IMG/VR virus record: IMGVR_UViG_3300043803_001357
Location: 1-64,000 of that record
DNA length: 64,000 bases
Reading direction: 5' to 3' (one strand)
Source of the DNA: an uncultured virus (IMG/VR IMGVR_UViG_3300043803_001357)
Lineage: Duplodnaviria; Heunggongvirae; Uroviricota; Caudoviricetes
Shown here: positions 1 to 11,077 of the stretch, in pieces
Layout: each line of letters starts with the position of its first letter
How positions within the stretch are numbered: position 1 is the first letter of the stretch
Notes under the pieces: generated by a model
Databases searched by the model: none
What the model was told of the DNA's origin: nothing
What the model saw: only the letters and a program-made list of their open reading frames with translations
Position numbers and translations under genes: made by a program

Positions 1-530
1 GAAGTTGTGAAGGTGTTTATTTTGATGATATATATTTAGCGATGACTCAATTTGAAGAAGCTTCCCAGATAGATTTTTCAGTGGGTAAATATGTAAATTC
101 CAGTTCTGTTTTCTATCCATCTTCAAGTGCTAAATGGAATCCTGTTGTCAATCCTGTAAATGTTAATGGTACGTATAAAGGTCAGGTTTATAATACCGTA
201 GATAAGATGTATTATAACGACTATAATAACAGTTATAATATCTTTGGATTTGATGATTACGACAATCAAAGAACTAAACTAGATTTGACAAATGATTTTT
301 CTTTATATAAATTGTCTGTTTCTCAGACAGGCGATGGCATAAAAAGAAATTCTGTGGTAATATACAATCAATCCGGCGATATAGTTTCAAATATAGAAGA
401 TGACGGAAATCACAACTTAATACTAGGCGGTACTTATTACATTAATAGTTATGAATTTACGACTGGGAGTAAAGATACTGTAGAAAACCGTGGTACTTAT
501 GGTTTGGGTTATTATTTATTGAATACATAG
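1..530 (+). CDS. 5'-truncated hypothetical protein, probably virion structural
   Basis: The frame of the 42..530 ORF is open back to position 3, so the gene probably starts upstream of the window; N/S/Y-rich and abuts a structural gene. Confidence 0.55.
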   Translation, partial: SCEGVYFDDIYLAMTQFEEASQIDFSVGKYVNSSSVFYPSSSAKWNPVVNPVNVNGTYKGQVYNTVDKMYYNDYNNSYNIFGFDDYDNQRTKLDLTNDFSLYKLSVSQTGDGIKRNSVVIYNQSGDIVSNIEDDGNHNLILGGTYYINSYEFTTGSKDTVENRGTYGLGYYLLNT

Positions 531-531
531 T

Positions 532-3108
532 ATGAGTTTAATTAACATATATAACGAAAGATATGGTACCTCTGTTGCTACGAATGGTAACATAATAGCA
601 ATAGGAAATCCACCAACTAAAAATTGGCAATATGCGGAAGGATTTTCTCGTAGAGGACAAATATTTTTGATTCGTAAAAATCAGTTTCAATCAAATTATG
701 AAGTAATAAAAACTTTGTTTAATGAAAATGAAAATTTACTAACACCATATTACACCGAACAAAGTAGCAGTACAGTTAATACAAGTTCTTTAATTGCTAA
801 TAGTGGTAGTTTGCCAAATACAGATGCATCTTGTAGTTATTTAACAATTGAAAACTCCACAAAGTTTGTTTATCAAAGCAAATACGGCGAAGCACTTGAT
901 GTATGTGATTATTTTCTAGCAGCAAGCGATGTTTCTTTTACACAGAGTATAGACAACAGAAACTTTTTTACTCAAAACCAAGTAAACATATACGAAATAG
1001 ATCCCAACTATGTATATGAAAGTGGAAGCATCCAGTCAAAATCCACAGAATATACAAAAGAATCTACAAGTACATACGAAATAAGTTCAACGCCTATCGC
1101 TTATTTAACATCGTCAAGCAATATACAGTTTGGTAAATCAGTCAGTATATCAAATAATTATTTAGCGGTTGGTGCTCCAGGTTATAATAACGGCCGAGGA
1201 TGTGTTTATGTTTTTAAGAATGTAAACAACAGTTATAATTTGGTACAAAAACTAAGCAGCAGTGTTGTATCTGATCCATATCAATCTTCATTTGGATTTA
1301 GTGTTTGTATAGACAAATATGCTGAAGATAAATTGGTGGTCGGATGTAATCAAGTGTCAGCTAGTAAAGTGTTTTTATTCACATCTGGATCAGGTGGATG
1401 GAGAATTTCACAAAGGTTTCAAAACATAACAGGATCTGAATACTTAAAGTTGGAAGGATTTGAATTTGATTTATATCCTTCAGGAAGTTTATCTGCTGCA
1501 CAGAAAAATAACAGATTCGGATATTCTGTATCTTTACATAAAAACGTATTAGCAATAGGATCACCAAATGATCTTTTATACTACGAATATTCAGGATCTA
1601 ATGTTTTAAGACAAAGAGGTGCAACTTATATTTACGAAAATGGTTTGTGTCCAACAGGATCAAATCAATATTTGTTTATTAAAAAGATTTATGGTGATGA
1701 AATAACCTTCAAAGATAATATGATGGGTTATTCAGTTTCTACACACAATAATAAAGTATTGATTGGATCTCCCAAACCATATTTTCCATTCAGTTCTCTT
1801 TATATATCTAGCTCAATCAAATACTATGATAAGTTTTATGATGTAAATGATTACGGTGAATCAAGTTATTGTGGACAATGTTTGTATTATAATGTAAGTA
1901 ATTCAATCGTAACTCAAATTACTACAGATCCAATTGCTAAAAGAAAAGAGTACAATAAACCATTTAGTGCTTTTGGATACTCCGTTGCTTTATCAGATCC
2001 TAATTTAGTGGTGGGGTCTCCTATTCCACTAAATGAAGATTTGTATTTAAGTGTTCCTTTAATAACTGAGTCTGGAAGTTATGATGATCCTAGTTATGTA
2101 AATACATCTTCATTCAGCCCAGAAAATTGCACTGAAACATCCGATGTTGTATATTTTCAAATAGAGGATACAGTATATGGAAGTGGCAGTGTCGTTACAA
2201 AAATTGCACTACAAATGGAATCTGATTCATATTCAGACATCGTTGGTAAAGCTTATATTTATGACAGCTTAGATTTGAAAACAAATTATCCTGTAGGCAA
2301 TATATTTTATAACAATAATAGTTTGGTAATTAACAATACAGGTAGCGTTTTGAATTTGTTGACAAGAGATCCTATAGATCCAGATTATTCATCGTTGTAT
2401 ATGGATTATAAGACACTCATAACCACTTACGAAAAACAATATGTGTGTACTATATTGCCAGGAGAGTTTAATATATCAACGAATCCAACTGCTACAACTT
2501 CATCGCTTATAAATTATTGTGTAATTAATAAGAGCAATTTTAACTTTGAAAATTTGGATATAATTTTAAGATATATAAACTACAAAAATGTGTCACCAGG
2601 TTCTGAAAAATGGTATTTAAATATGATTTCAAATGACGTTGAACAAAATATTTTTGGATTTTATACATCATCATATTTAAACTATAATACCAATTTGTTA
2701 ACTCCTGAATTGAAAAACATATTGGCTGAGAAAAATCTAGACGTTGATAACGATGGAAAAGTAGACATTTACGATGGTAAAATGATGTGGAAATATTTCA
2801 TCAATAAGTTGAATTTCACAAACTACAAGTCTTTTTTGAATACACTAAGCAATCGTAATAATTACGACGACATTATTAGATTTTTAGATAATCAAACAGG
2901 CAAGTCAATTAAAAATTACGTAAAACAAGACTTTTTCAAGTATCAATATAGTTCTTCTATAGATCCAACTGGATCTTATTTGGCACCGTACATAACAACT
3001 GTGGGATTGTATAGTGGATGTGATTTGGTTGCGGTTGCTAAATTGGCACAACCAATTAAAAATACTGGGGAAATTCCAATAAATATTTCTGTTAAATGGG
3101 ACACTTAA
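532..3108 (+). CDS. Virion/baseplate-associated protein with FG-GAP-like beta-propeller repeats
   Basis: Repeated FGxSVSI..YLAVGAP / FGYSVAL..LVVGSP motifs; EF-hand/dockerin-like DVDNDGKVDIYD; C-terminal PYITTVGLY..DLVAVAKLAQPI typical of phage baseplate/fibre attachment domains. Confidence 0.65.
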   Translation: MSLINIYNERYGTSVATNGNIIAIGNPPTKNWQYAEGFSRRGQIFLIRKNQFQSNYEVIKTLFNENENLLTPYYTEQSSSTVNTSSLIANSGSLPNTDASCSYLTIENSTKFVYQSKYGEALDVCDYFLAASDVSFTQSIDNRNFFTQNQVNIYEIDPNYVYESGSIQSKSTEYTKESTSTYEISSTPIAYLTSSSNIQFGKSVSISNNYLAVGAPGYNNGRGCVYVFKNVNNSYNLVQKLSSSVVSDPYQSSFGFSVCIDKYAEDKLVVGCNQVSASKVFLFTSGSGGWRISQRFQNITGSEYLKLEGFEFDLYPSGSLSAAQKNNRFGYSVSLHKNVLAIGSPNDLLYYEYSGSNVLRQRGATYIYENGLCPTGSNQYLFIKKIYGDEITFKDNMMGYSVSTHNNKVLIGSPKPYFPFSSLYISSSIKYYDKFYDVNDYGESSYCGQCLYYNVSNSIVTQITTDPIAKRKEYNKPFSAFGYSVALSDPNLVVGSPIPLNEDLYLSVPLITESGSYDDPSYVNTSSFSPENCTETSDVVYFQIEDTVYGSGSVVTKIALQMESDSYSDIVGKAYIYDSLDLKTNYPVGNIFYNNNSLVINNTGSVLNLLTRDPIDPDYSSLYMDYKTLITTYEKQYVCTILPGEFNISTNPTATTSSLINYCVINKSNFNFENLDIILRYINYKNVSPGSEKWYLNMISNDVEQNIFGFYTSSYLNYNTNLLTPELKNILAEKNLDVDNDGKVDIYDGKMMWKYFINKLNFTNYKSFLNTLSNRNNYDDIIRFLDNQTGKSIKNYVKQDFFKYQYSSSIDPTGSYLAPYITTVGLYSGCDLVAVAKLAQPIKNTGEIPINISVKWDT

Positions 3109-3137
3109 TTATATTTATTATAAAATAGAACAAACAT

Positions 3138-3446
3138 ATGGCAACATCACCAGACGCAAAAGTAATAGACCGTGAATCATTAAAGACAAGCTTAGAAGCT
3201 AGATTTCTAGCCAAACAAAAAGCTGGCGGTGCGTTTAATGCATATAAAGCTACAAGATTTATACCTGGAGGTACTATGTTAGATGGACTACAAGGAGAAA
3301 TGGGTTATTCACAAAAATCTCGCAAATATACAGTTAATCCAGGATTTCTTACATCAATCGACAATCAAGAAGCAAATTTTAATACAGAAGCGTTGAATTA
3401 CTCCGACACTTTGCCAGGATTTAATACGAAACGATATTTTCGTTGA
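3138..3446 (+). CDS. Hypothetical protein
   Basis: 102-aa ORF filling the gap, preceded by TATTTAT at 3112-3118. Confidence 0.6.
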   Translation: MATSPDAKVIDRESLKTSLEARFLAKQKAGGAFNAYKATRFIPGGTMLDGLQGEMGYSQKSRKYTVNPGFLTSIDNQEANFNTEALNYSDTLPGFNTKRYFR

Positions 3447-3458
3447 TATGTATTTTAA

Positions 3459-3971
3459 ATGGTTATATTAGGTTTAGATTCATCCACATCAGTTACAGGT
3501 TGGGCGTTTAGTAGAGACGGAAAAGTCTTGGACGCTGGTTATATTGACACAAAAAAACTCGAAACTACTAAAGAAAAAACCTTTTTTGTTATATCAGAAT
3601 TGGAAAAAAATCCTTTAATCAAAGATGTCGCTACTATTAACTTAGAAGCCGCTTTAAGCGGATTTGCGGGTGGATTTACCAGTCAACAAGTCATCATTAC
3701 ATTAGCCAGACATAATGCTGTCTTTGCATATATTATTGAAGAACACTTCAAGGTCAAGGTAGAGTTATTATCAGTTAACACTATGCGCAAACAGTTGTTT
3801 GGCAAATGTAGAATTAAAGGTGTAAAATCCAAAGATTTTGTAAAATCAGAATTAGAATCACTTTGTCCAGATGTAGTTAAGTTTGCGGTTCTTAATAAAA
3901 AAGGTAATTGGGACGAAAGAAACGGTGATATGTACGATGGTATAGTCTGCTCATTATATAAAAAGTTGTGA
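3459..3971 (+). CDS. RuvC-like Holliday junction resolvase
   Basis: N-terminal ILGLDSSTSVTGWA (RNase H fold Asp), INLE, C-terminal DMYDG acidic residues. Confidence 0.8.
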   Translation: MVILGLDSSTSVTGWAFSRDGKVLDAGYIDTKKLETTKEKTFFVISELEKNPLIKDVATINLEAALSGFAGGFTSQQVIITLARHNAVFAYIIEEHFKVKVELLSVNTMRKQLFGKCRIKGVKSKDFVKSELESLCPDVVKFAVLNKKGNWDERNGDMYDGIVCSLYKKL

Positions 3972-3993
3972 TTTCAAATTTAGGTGTTATACT
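3966..3993 (+). promoter_or_regulatory. Sigma70-type promoter for primase operon
   Basis: TTGTGA-16 nt-TATACT with TGn extended -10; ATG 7 nt after the -10. Confidence 0.55.
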
Positions 3994-4000
3994 AATCTAA

Positions 4001-4912
4001 ATGACTGTAGTTGACACATTATCAAGATTATTTAAGCAAAAAATTCACATCCAAAAAGGCGGTGAAGAAATTCTTGTTTTTTGTCCCAGTTGCAGTCATC
4101 ACAAACGTAAGTTAAACATCAATACAAAAACTGGATTTTACCAATGTTGGGTATGTGGGTTTAGTGGCAAAAGTTTTCATAGTCTATTAAAAAAGATAAA
4201 GGCTCCTAAAGAATATTATGACATTCTGTGTAAAGATGGACCCAAACGAACCAATGTTGTAGTAAAAGAAGAAAAAAAGATATTAAGTTTGCCTGAAGAG
4301 TTTAAACCTTTGTGTAAACCAAATAATGATATTGAGTATAAACACGCATTGAGTTACTGTTTAAACCGTAATATATCTACTTTAGATATAGTTAGATATA
4401 ACATTGGGTATTGTACCAGTGGAAATTTTATCAATAGAATCATTGTGCCGTCATATGATTGTCAAGGAAAGCTCAACTTTTACTGTGGTAGATCGTTTTA
4501 CGACGGATATCTTAAATATAGATTGTGTGATGGTAGCAAAGATATTATAGGATTTGAACTATATACAGATTTTAATCAACCAGTAACTTTGGTAGAAGGT
4601 GTGTTTGATGCTATGTCTGTAAAGTATAATGTTATTCCTTTGTTTGGCAAAACTTTATCTAAATCACTCAAACTAAAATTGGTAGAAAACAAACCACCCA
4701 GAGTAAATGTTTTGTTGGACAACGATGCATTGGCATCAAGTTTGAAAATTTGTGAATTTTTAATTGCAAATGATATAACTACATATTTGGTAAGACTTGA
4801 CGGCAAAGATCCAAATGAATTGGGTCATAAAAAAACTTGGCAAACCATAGATAGTTGTGTTAGAATGGATGAAAGCTTGTTGTATAAGTTAAAATTAACA
4901 GTTAAATTATGA
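4001..4912 (+). CDS. DNA primase (Zn finger + TOPRIM)
   Basis: CPSC...CWVC zinc finger, RIIVPSY, VEGVFDA and LDNDA TOPRIM motifs, KDPNE. Confidence 0.88.
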   Translation: MTVVDTLSRLFKQKIHIQKGGEEILVFCPSCSHHKRKLNINTKTGFYQCWVCGFSGKSFHSLLKKIKAPKEYYDILCKDGPKRTNVVVKEEKKILSLPEEFKPLCKPNNDIEYKHALSYCLNRNISTLDIVRYNIGYCTSGNFINRIIVPSYDCQGKLNFYCGRSFYDGYLKYRLCDGSKDIIGFELYTDFNQPVTLVEGVFDAMSVKYNVIPLFGKTLSKSLKLKLVENKPPRVNVLLDNDALASSLKICEFLIANDITTYLVRLDGKDPNELGHKKTWQTIDSCVRMDESLLYKLKLTVKL

Positions 4913-7900
4913 TTGTATTAAAAAATACAGATAAAAAAATTAATTCGGTGGTGCATATTGCGGATATTCATATTCGTTTAACAAAACGTCATGACGAATA
5001 TACTTTGGTTTTTGAAAAGCTTTATAAAGCCCTTGATAAAGCAAAAACACTGGATGCTATCTTGGTTATAGCCGGTGATTTGTTTCATAATAAATCCGAT
5101 TTAAGTCCTGAATGTGTTAAAATTGGAAGTGATTTTCTAAAAAATTGCGCAGATAGAGTTCCTGTTATTTTAACGGCTGGCAATCACGATGCTACATTGG
5201 CTAATAAATCTAGATTAGATTGTATTACACCAATTGTGGATGCTTTGAATCACCCTAATCTATTTTATCTCAGAAATACAGATGTTTATAGATATGAAAA
5301 TATTTTGTTTAATAACTTTAGTGTTTTTGATTGGGATGTCCCTGAAAAATACATTAAGTACGAAAATATCCCATCGAAATATCGTGATGAAACAGACCAT
5401 CACATTGCTTTGTTTCACGGACCAGTATATAATGCTGTTACTGATGTTGGGTACACTGTTAGTAGCCGATCTGTAACCAATGAAACTTTTGATGGACATC
5501 ACATTGCTATGCTTGGTGATATTCACAAACATCAAATTCTACAAGAATATGATGACAATGAATCTTTGCCAGTTGTTGTATATGCGGGATCGATGATTCA
5601 ACAAAACCACGGTGAGGAGCTTAAAGGCCACGGTTTCATTATGTGGGACTTGAAACGTAAATTATTCAAACACTACGAACTAGTAAATGAATATGGGTAT
5701 TATACGGTGGAAGTTGACAAGGGTCAGTTGATTACGGATATTTCTAACATCCCAAAGAAATCCACACTACGTGTTATCTGTCGTGAGTCCATTCCTTCAC
5801 AAGTAAAGGAGATTTTAAATGACATCAAAACCAAATCTACGTTAATCGAAACCACCTATGTTCGTGCCGACGATGTATCAAAAGATACAATTTTGAACTC
5901 TGGAAAAGTGTTTGATGTACATAACATTTTTGATGTTGACTACCAAAACAAATTGGTAGAAGACACATTGTTATCAAAAAATGTAGATAAGAATCTAATA
6001 GAAATGGTCAAGGATCTAAATAAGACCATTAATAAAGAAATACCAAAAGATAAAGCTCCAAAGAATATTCGTTGGAAACCAAAGAAATTTGAATTCGACA
6101 ATATGTTTAGTTATGGCGAAGGCAATATAATAGATTTTGCTAAACTAAACGGCACTATCGGACTTTTTGCACCAAATGCTAGTGGTAAATCAAGCATTAT
6201 GGATGCGCTTGCATTCTGTGTTTTTGATAAGTTCAGTAAGGGTTACAAAGCATCACACGTGCTTAATACTCAAAAAATGAGCTTTCGTTGTAAGTTTAAT
6301 TTTGAGGTAAATGGAGTTGATTATTTTATTGAGCGTGAAGGTAAAGCAGACAAGAAAGGCAATGTCAAAGTTGAAGTCAAATTCTACAAAAAAGAAAATG
6401 ACAAAGAAGTTCCATTGAACGGAGAAGCTCGTAGAAGCACAAACGATATTATTCGCGACTACGTTGGTACATATGAAGATTTTATTCTTACTGTTTTAAG
6501 TGTACAAAACAGTAAAGCTGGGTCTTTTATTGATCTTGGACAGACTGAGAGAAAAGATTTATTGTGTCAGTTTATGGGATTGGATGTATTTGATCAATTA
6601 TATACTATCGCAAATGATAAGTTTAAAGAAACAAATACTTTATTAAAGAATATAAGTAAAGATCAACTTATTCAAGAGTTGGAAACTGTATCTGGCAGTA
6701 TAGACTATACTAATTCCAAGATTCAAGAGTTTAACGAAGAAGTAAAAAATCAAGAATTGTTAAAGGATTCTTATAACAATCTCTTATTAGAATTATCCAA
6801 TAAAATTACTAAGACTGTAAGTTTTGATTTTGATATTGTTAAATTGGAAAGTAACAAAATTGAACTTGAAGGTCAGATTAATGAAACCAATCTTAATATT
6901 AAACTTCAAAAAGATAAACTAATTGATGTAGAAACAAATATTACCAATCTGTCTTCATCCATATCAGACTGCGAAAATATTGATCGTGATTATGATCTTT
7001 ATAAAGTTGCCAAACAAAATTTTGATAACAAGACCAATGAATTAAATAATCTTAAGCTTGTTGTGAAAAATAAAATGGACAAATTGAAAAAGTTGGAAGA
7101 TCACAAATATGATCCTAACTGTTCATATTGCGTAAACAATGTATTCGTAAAAGATGCAATAAAAGTCAAAGCTGAATTGGAGAATGATAAAATCAAAAGC
7201 AAGGTTATTGTAGATGAGTATAATACAATAAAGTCATCTTTGGAGAGTTATGGCGACATTGAAACAAAATTCAAACGTTGTCAAAAAGTAAATAACGATA
7301 AAGTTGCTTTTGAAAAAAGCAAGAGTGTTATTTCAAATACCATTCTTAAGTTGGAAAATGATCTTATTAAGATTCAAACCAAACTTAAGACTGTAACAGA
7401 TAACATTTCAACTTTTTATACAAATAAAGATATTATTGAGAATAATAACAAGTTGATGTCTGACATCAACACTCAGAAAGATTTGATTAAATCTATCGAC
7501 GTTAATATTAAATCTATTAATTCCAAGCTTTTTTCCTCATTAACTGAAAAAGGAAAGTTAGAAGTTCAGTATAAAACTGTTACTGAACAATTGCAAAAGG
7601 TAAAAGAATTAGAGTCGAGTTATGAAGCTTACAAACATTATACAAATGTAGTTAGCCGTGATGGAATTCCATATGAAATTATAACCAAGACTCTTCCTGA
7701 GATTGAAAAGGAAGTTAATAATATTCTTCAACAGTTAGTAGATTTTACAGTTACTCTTCAAACTGATGGAAAAAACATTATGACCAATATCGTTTACGAA
7801 GACAAACGTTGGCCACTTGAAATGGCAAGTGGAATGGAAAAATTCGTAAGTGGACTTGCTATCAGAGTTTCGTTGATTAATATTAGTAATCTACCAAGAC

Positions 7901-8100
7901 CAAATATTATTTGTATTGATGAAGGATTTGGTTGTGCTGATAGTGATCATTTGGGTCAAATGGGAGCTTTGTTTAATTATTTGAAACATCAATTTGATTT
8001 TATCTGGGTGATCAGTCATTTGGATCAAATGCGTGATATGGTTGATAACCAAGTGGAAATAAAAAAAGAGAATGGCTTTAGTAAGGTAGTATATATTTAA
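4909..8100 (+). CDS. Fused Mre11/SbcD nuclease - Rad50/SbcC ATPase (T4 gp47+gp46-like)
   Basis: HIADIH, AGDLFH, AGNHD, FHG, GDIHK phosphoesterase motifs; Walker A APNASGKSS, coiled coil with CSYC hook, ASGME signature, IDEGFG Walker B, ISH. Confidence 0.92.
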   Translation: MIVLKNTDKKINSVVHIADIHIRLTKRHDEYTLVFEKLYKALDKAKTLDAILVIAGDLFHNKSDLSPECVKIGSDFLKNCADRVPVILTAGNHDATLANKSRLDCITPIVDALNHPNLFYLRNTDVYRYENILFNNFSVFDWDVPEKYIKYENIPSKYRDETDHHIALFHGPVYNAVTDVGYTVSSRSVTNETFDGHHIAMLGDIHKHQILQEYDDNESLPVVVYAGSMIQQNHGEELKGHGFIMWDLKRKLFKHYELVNEYGYYTVEVDKGQLITDISNIPKKSTLRVICRESIPSQVKEILNDIKTKSTLIETTYVRADDVSKDTILNSGKVFDVHNIFDVDYQNKLVEDTLLSKNVDKNLIEMVKDLNKTINKEIPKDKAPKNIRWKPKKFEFDNMFSYGEGNIIDFAKLNGTIGLFAPNASGKSSIMDALAFCVFDKFSKGYKASHVLNTQKMSFRCKFNFEVNGVDYFIEREGKADKKGNVKVEVKFYKKENDKEVPLNGEARRSTNDIIRDYVGTYEDFILTVLSVQNSKAGSFIDLGQTERKDLLCQFMGLDVFDQLYTIANDKFKETNTLLKNISKDQLIQELETVSGSIDYTNSKIQEFNEEVKNQELLKDSYNNLLLELSNKITKTVSFDFDIVKLESNKIELEGQINETNLNIKLQKDKLIDVETNITNLSSSISDCENIDRDYDLYKVAKQNFDNKTNELNNLKLVVKNKMDKLKKLEDHKYDPNCSYCVNNVFVKDAIKVKAELENDKIKSKVIVDEYNTIKSSLESYGDIETKFKRCQKVNNDKVAFEKSKSVISNTILKLENDLIKIQTKLKTVTDNISTFYTNKDIIENNNKLMSDINTQKDLIKSIDVNIKSINSKLFSSLTEKGKLEVQYKTVTEQLQKVKELESSYEAYKHYTNVVSRDGIPYEIITKTLPEIEKEVNNILQQLVDFTVTLQTDGKNIMTNIVYEDKRWPLEMASGMEKFVSGLAIRVSLINISNLPRPNIICIDEGFGCADSDHLGQMGALFNYLKHQFDFIWVISHLDQMRDMVDNQVEIKKENGFSKVVYI

Positions 8101-8101
8101 T

Positions 8102-9061
8102 ATGCCTATTATCGACGATATCTATTTGGAAAAGTTTGGAAAATTAACAATTATTATTACGGATGAAGGTGTGTTTAAAACCATCAATGATTCATCGGTT
8201 AATTATGAGTTTATAATAACAATACGAAGTTTAGATTCCAATCTTATTTCACATATTATGTATCACCACTGTACAGTGGGGCATGATATGTGGACCTATA
8301 ATTATAACATTTTTTATATAAAAGAAATTTTAAATAAAAATCATCCTGGCATTTGCATAGAAATACACGATGTAGACAATACATTATTATTCAGTAAAAA
8401 TTATCACGGTACTAAAAAATTTAGATGTTTGGATTTAAAATCTAAACAAGGTGATACAACCTATCCATCTTACCATACATTTTTCTACGATGATTATTTT
8501 ACATCAAATTTTAATATCAAAGATGGAGATGTTGTTTATGATCTGGGAGCTAATATTGGTGCGTTTTCTATTGCGTGTTCTAATTTTGATATCAAACAAA
8601 TATATGCATTTGAACCACATCCAGAACTCTCACAGTATCTTAACGATAATTTGAACAGATATGGTAAAAACACAAAAGTGTTTAATAATGCGATTTCAAG
8701 TGAATTTAAAAAAGTAAGATTTGGTACCACAGAATCTACAGTTGCTTCCAGAATTAGAAACGAAGGTGAATTTGAAGTTGATGCTATTAATTTAGAAAAG
8801 TTTGTAATAGATAATAATTTGGAATTGCCAACTTATTTAAAAATTGATATAGAAGGAGCTGAATATGAGTTTTTTGAAAATACAAGTGACAATTTCTTCA
8901 AAAATGTTAGAAGTATATTCTTTGAATTTCATTGCAATGACGGCGTAAATCTACTTAAAATAATTGATAGATTTAAGAATTTAGGATACAAGTTAAGTCA
9001 CAAAGATAATGCCTTGGATCATAATCTATCACATATGAACACCGTATACTTAAATAAGTAA
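8102..9061 (+). CDS. FkbM-family SAM-dependent methyltransferase
   Basis: VYDLGANIGAFS, YAFEP, LKIDIEGAEY, FEFH. Confidence 0.88.
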   Translation: MPIIDDIYLEKFGKLTIIITDEGVFKTINDSSVNYEFIITIRSLDSNLISHIMYHHCTVGHDMWTYNYNIFYIKEILNKNHPGICIEIHDVDNTLLFSKNYHGTKKFRCLDLKSKQGDTTYPSYHTFFYDDYFTSNFNIKDGDVVYDLGANIGAFSIACSNFDIKQIYAFEPHPELSQYLNDNLNRYGKNTKVFNNAISSEFKKVRFGTTESTVASRIRNEGEFEVDAINLEKFVIDNNLELPTYLKIDIEGAEYEFFENTSDNFFKNVRSIFFEFHCNDGVNLLKIIDRFKNLGYKLSHKDNALDHNLSHMNTVYLNK

Positions 9062-9064
9062 ATT

Positions 9065-11077
9065 ATGAAAAAAATATTGTTTATAGCTCCACATCTTTCT
9101 ACTGGAGGACTACCTCAATTTTTATTGAAAAAAATACAATCGTTAATTAATGATTATGAAATATATTGTGTAGAATATGATGATATTACTGGTGGAGTTT
9201 TAGTTGTTCAAAGAAAGCAGCTTCAGAAAATTTGCGGTAAGAGGTTTTACACATTATCATCAAATAAATTTGAGTTACTAAAGTTAGTTGACAATATAAA
9301 ACCTGACATTATTCATTTGGAGGAAATGCCAGAATACTTTATGGATGTTAACTTGGCTACTAAACTCTATAATAAAGACCGAGAATATCTAATTGTGGAA
9401 ACTTCGCACGATAGTAGTTTTGATCCAAGAAGAAAGCGTGTTTTTCCAGATAAATTTACATTCGTAAGTAATTATCAGAAACAAAACGTCGAATCTTTAG
9501 GCATAAATACTACAGTTATTGAATATCCAATTTCTGTGAAGTGTAGAAAAGATAGATCTGAAGGATTGAAATTTTTGGGATTGGATGAAAGTAAAAAACA
9601 CGTATTACACGTTGGATTGTTTACTCCTAGAAAAAACCAAAAAGAATTTATAGAATATGCTCGTGCAATGGAAAAAGAACATATTCAATTTCATTGTCTG
9701 GGTAATATGGCTGATAACTTCAAAAATTATTGGCAACCTCTGTTGGATAATTTACCGAGTAATGTAAAAGTTTGGGGTGAACGCAAAGATGTAGAAAACT
9801 TCTACAGTTGTATGGATTTGTTTTTGTTCACTAGCAGAGGTCACGCAACTGATAAAGAGACAGCACCTATTGTAATTAAAGAGGCTATATCTTATAATAT
9901 ACCATCTCTATTGTACAATTTGCCTGTTTACCTTGATAGATACAAGGTATTTGAAAATATCAAGTATCTAGACGAAACCAATTTTAATCGTAATGTTAAA
10001 CTCATAAAGAATCAATTGGGGATGATTTCAGATTCTGAAATAGAGATTGTTAATATAAAGAAAACTGCAAATAAAAACACGGTGGTTATCATATCAACAC
10101 ATCCCAATTTTAAAGCTGTAGAAGACACAACTTTGGAATCAATTAATCAAGCTAAAAAAGCTGGTTATAAAGTGTTGTTGTCATCTCATTATCCTGCTAG
10201 TGTTGATTTGCAAAAAGCGGCTGATCATTATGTATATGACTCAAACAATCCAATTTTAAAACATAATTTCTATAATAGATGGACATACAACACAGATAAT
10301 ACCAAGATCAATTTATTTTTTCCACCTTCCGATTGTGATAATTATCACGGTCTTGCTGTATTATTAAACTATTACAATGGCATATCATTGGCAAATAAAA
10401 TCGGATACAAAAATGCAATTTGCTTCAATTATGATATGGTCATTTCAGAATCAGATTTTTCAAAGTTATACGATGTAGATGAAATTCTAATTAATAAGAA
10501 AGCATTTTTCTTTTATGATAAGGCCTTAGAAGGTGACACATTCAAAACAGTATTTCACGGAATTAATACTCAATTTTTCTTGGATAATTTTGATTACTAT
10601 ACGCCAGAAGAATATATGGAATTTGTTACCAAGAAAAATATATCAAATGGATTGGAACAATTCTATTATAATAAACTAATATCTAATAAGAGCGATCTTC
10701 ATATAGATTATACAAACAACGAAGAATCTTATTTAAGCAATAGTAAAAATAATTTATTCTCAATGGTAGAATATCTATCGGTTCTGAGGATGAAGAATAT
10801 AAATAAGTTTGGAGTATTAACATACATCAATAATAAATTAGATGGTCGTATAAATGAGATAATAATAAAAAAGAACGGAGAGGTAGTTAACAATTATTCT
10901 TACACGGTATCAGAAAAGGTTTGTTTTTATTTAGCAAACGAGTTTGAAAACAATAATTTCTATGAAATTGAAAATAATCTATATGATCAAAATAAAATTT
11001 TATTGAGAAGTTATAAAAAGTCATTTAGAAGATTGGAAGACATAGATATTAACGGTTCTATTGATATTACACAATGA
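9065..11077 (+). CDS. GT-B (GT4-like) glycosyltransferase with an additional C-terminal domain
   Basis: PHLSTGGLPQ N-terminus, VGLFTPRKNQ, DLFLFTS..ETAPIVIKEA. Confidence 0.8.
   Translation: MKKILFIAPHLSTGGLPQFLLKKIQSLINDYEIYCVEYDDITGGVLVVQRKQLQKICGKRFYTLSSNKFELLKLVDNIKPDIIHLEEMPEYFMDVNLATKLYNKDREYLIVETSHDSSFDPRRKRVFPDKFTFVSNYQKQNVESLGINTTVIEYPISVKCRKDRSEGLKFLGLDESKKHVLHVGLFTPRKNQKEFIEYARAMEKEHIQFHCLGNMADNFKNYWQPLLDNLPSNVKVWGERKDVENFYSCMDLFLFTSRGHATDKETAPIVIKEAISYNIPSLLYNLPVYLDRYKVFENIKYLDETNFNRNVKLIKNQLGMISDSEIEIVNIKKTANKNTVVIISTHPNFKAVEDTTLESINQAKKAGYKVLLSSHYPASVDLQKAADHYVYDSNNPILKHNFYNRWTYNTDNTKINLFFPPSDCDNYHGLAVLLNYYNGISLANKIGYKNAICFNYDMVISESDFSKLYDVDEILINKKAFFFYDKALEGDTFKTVFHGINTQFFLDNFDYYTPEEYMEFVTKKNISNGLEQFYYNKLISNKSDLHIDYTNNEESYLSNSKNNLFSMVEYLSVLRMKNINKFGVLTYINNKLDGRINEIIIKKNGEVVNNYSYTVSEKVCFYLANEFENNNFYEIENNLYDQNKILLRSYKKSFRRLEDIDINGSIDITQ

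Noticed and set aside
31..39. TATATTTAG before the ATG at 42 as a late promoter
   Set aside because: The frame is open upstream of 42, so this is probably internal coding sequence, and the motif is imperfect
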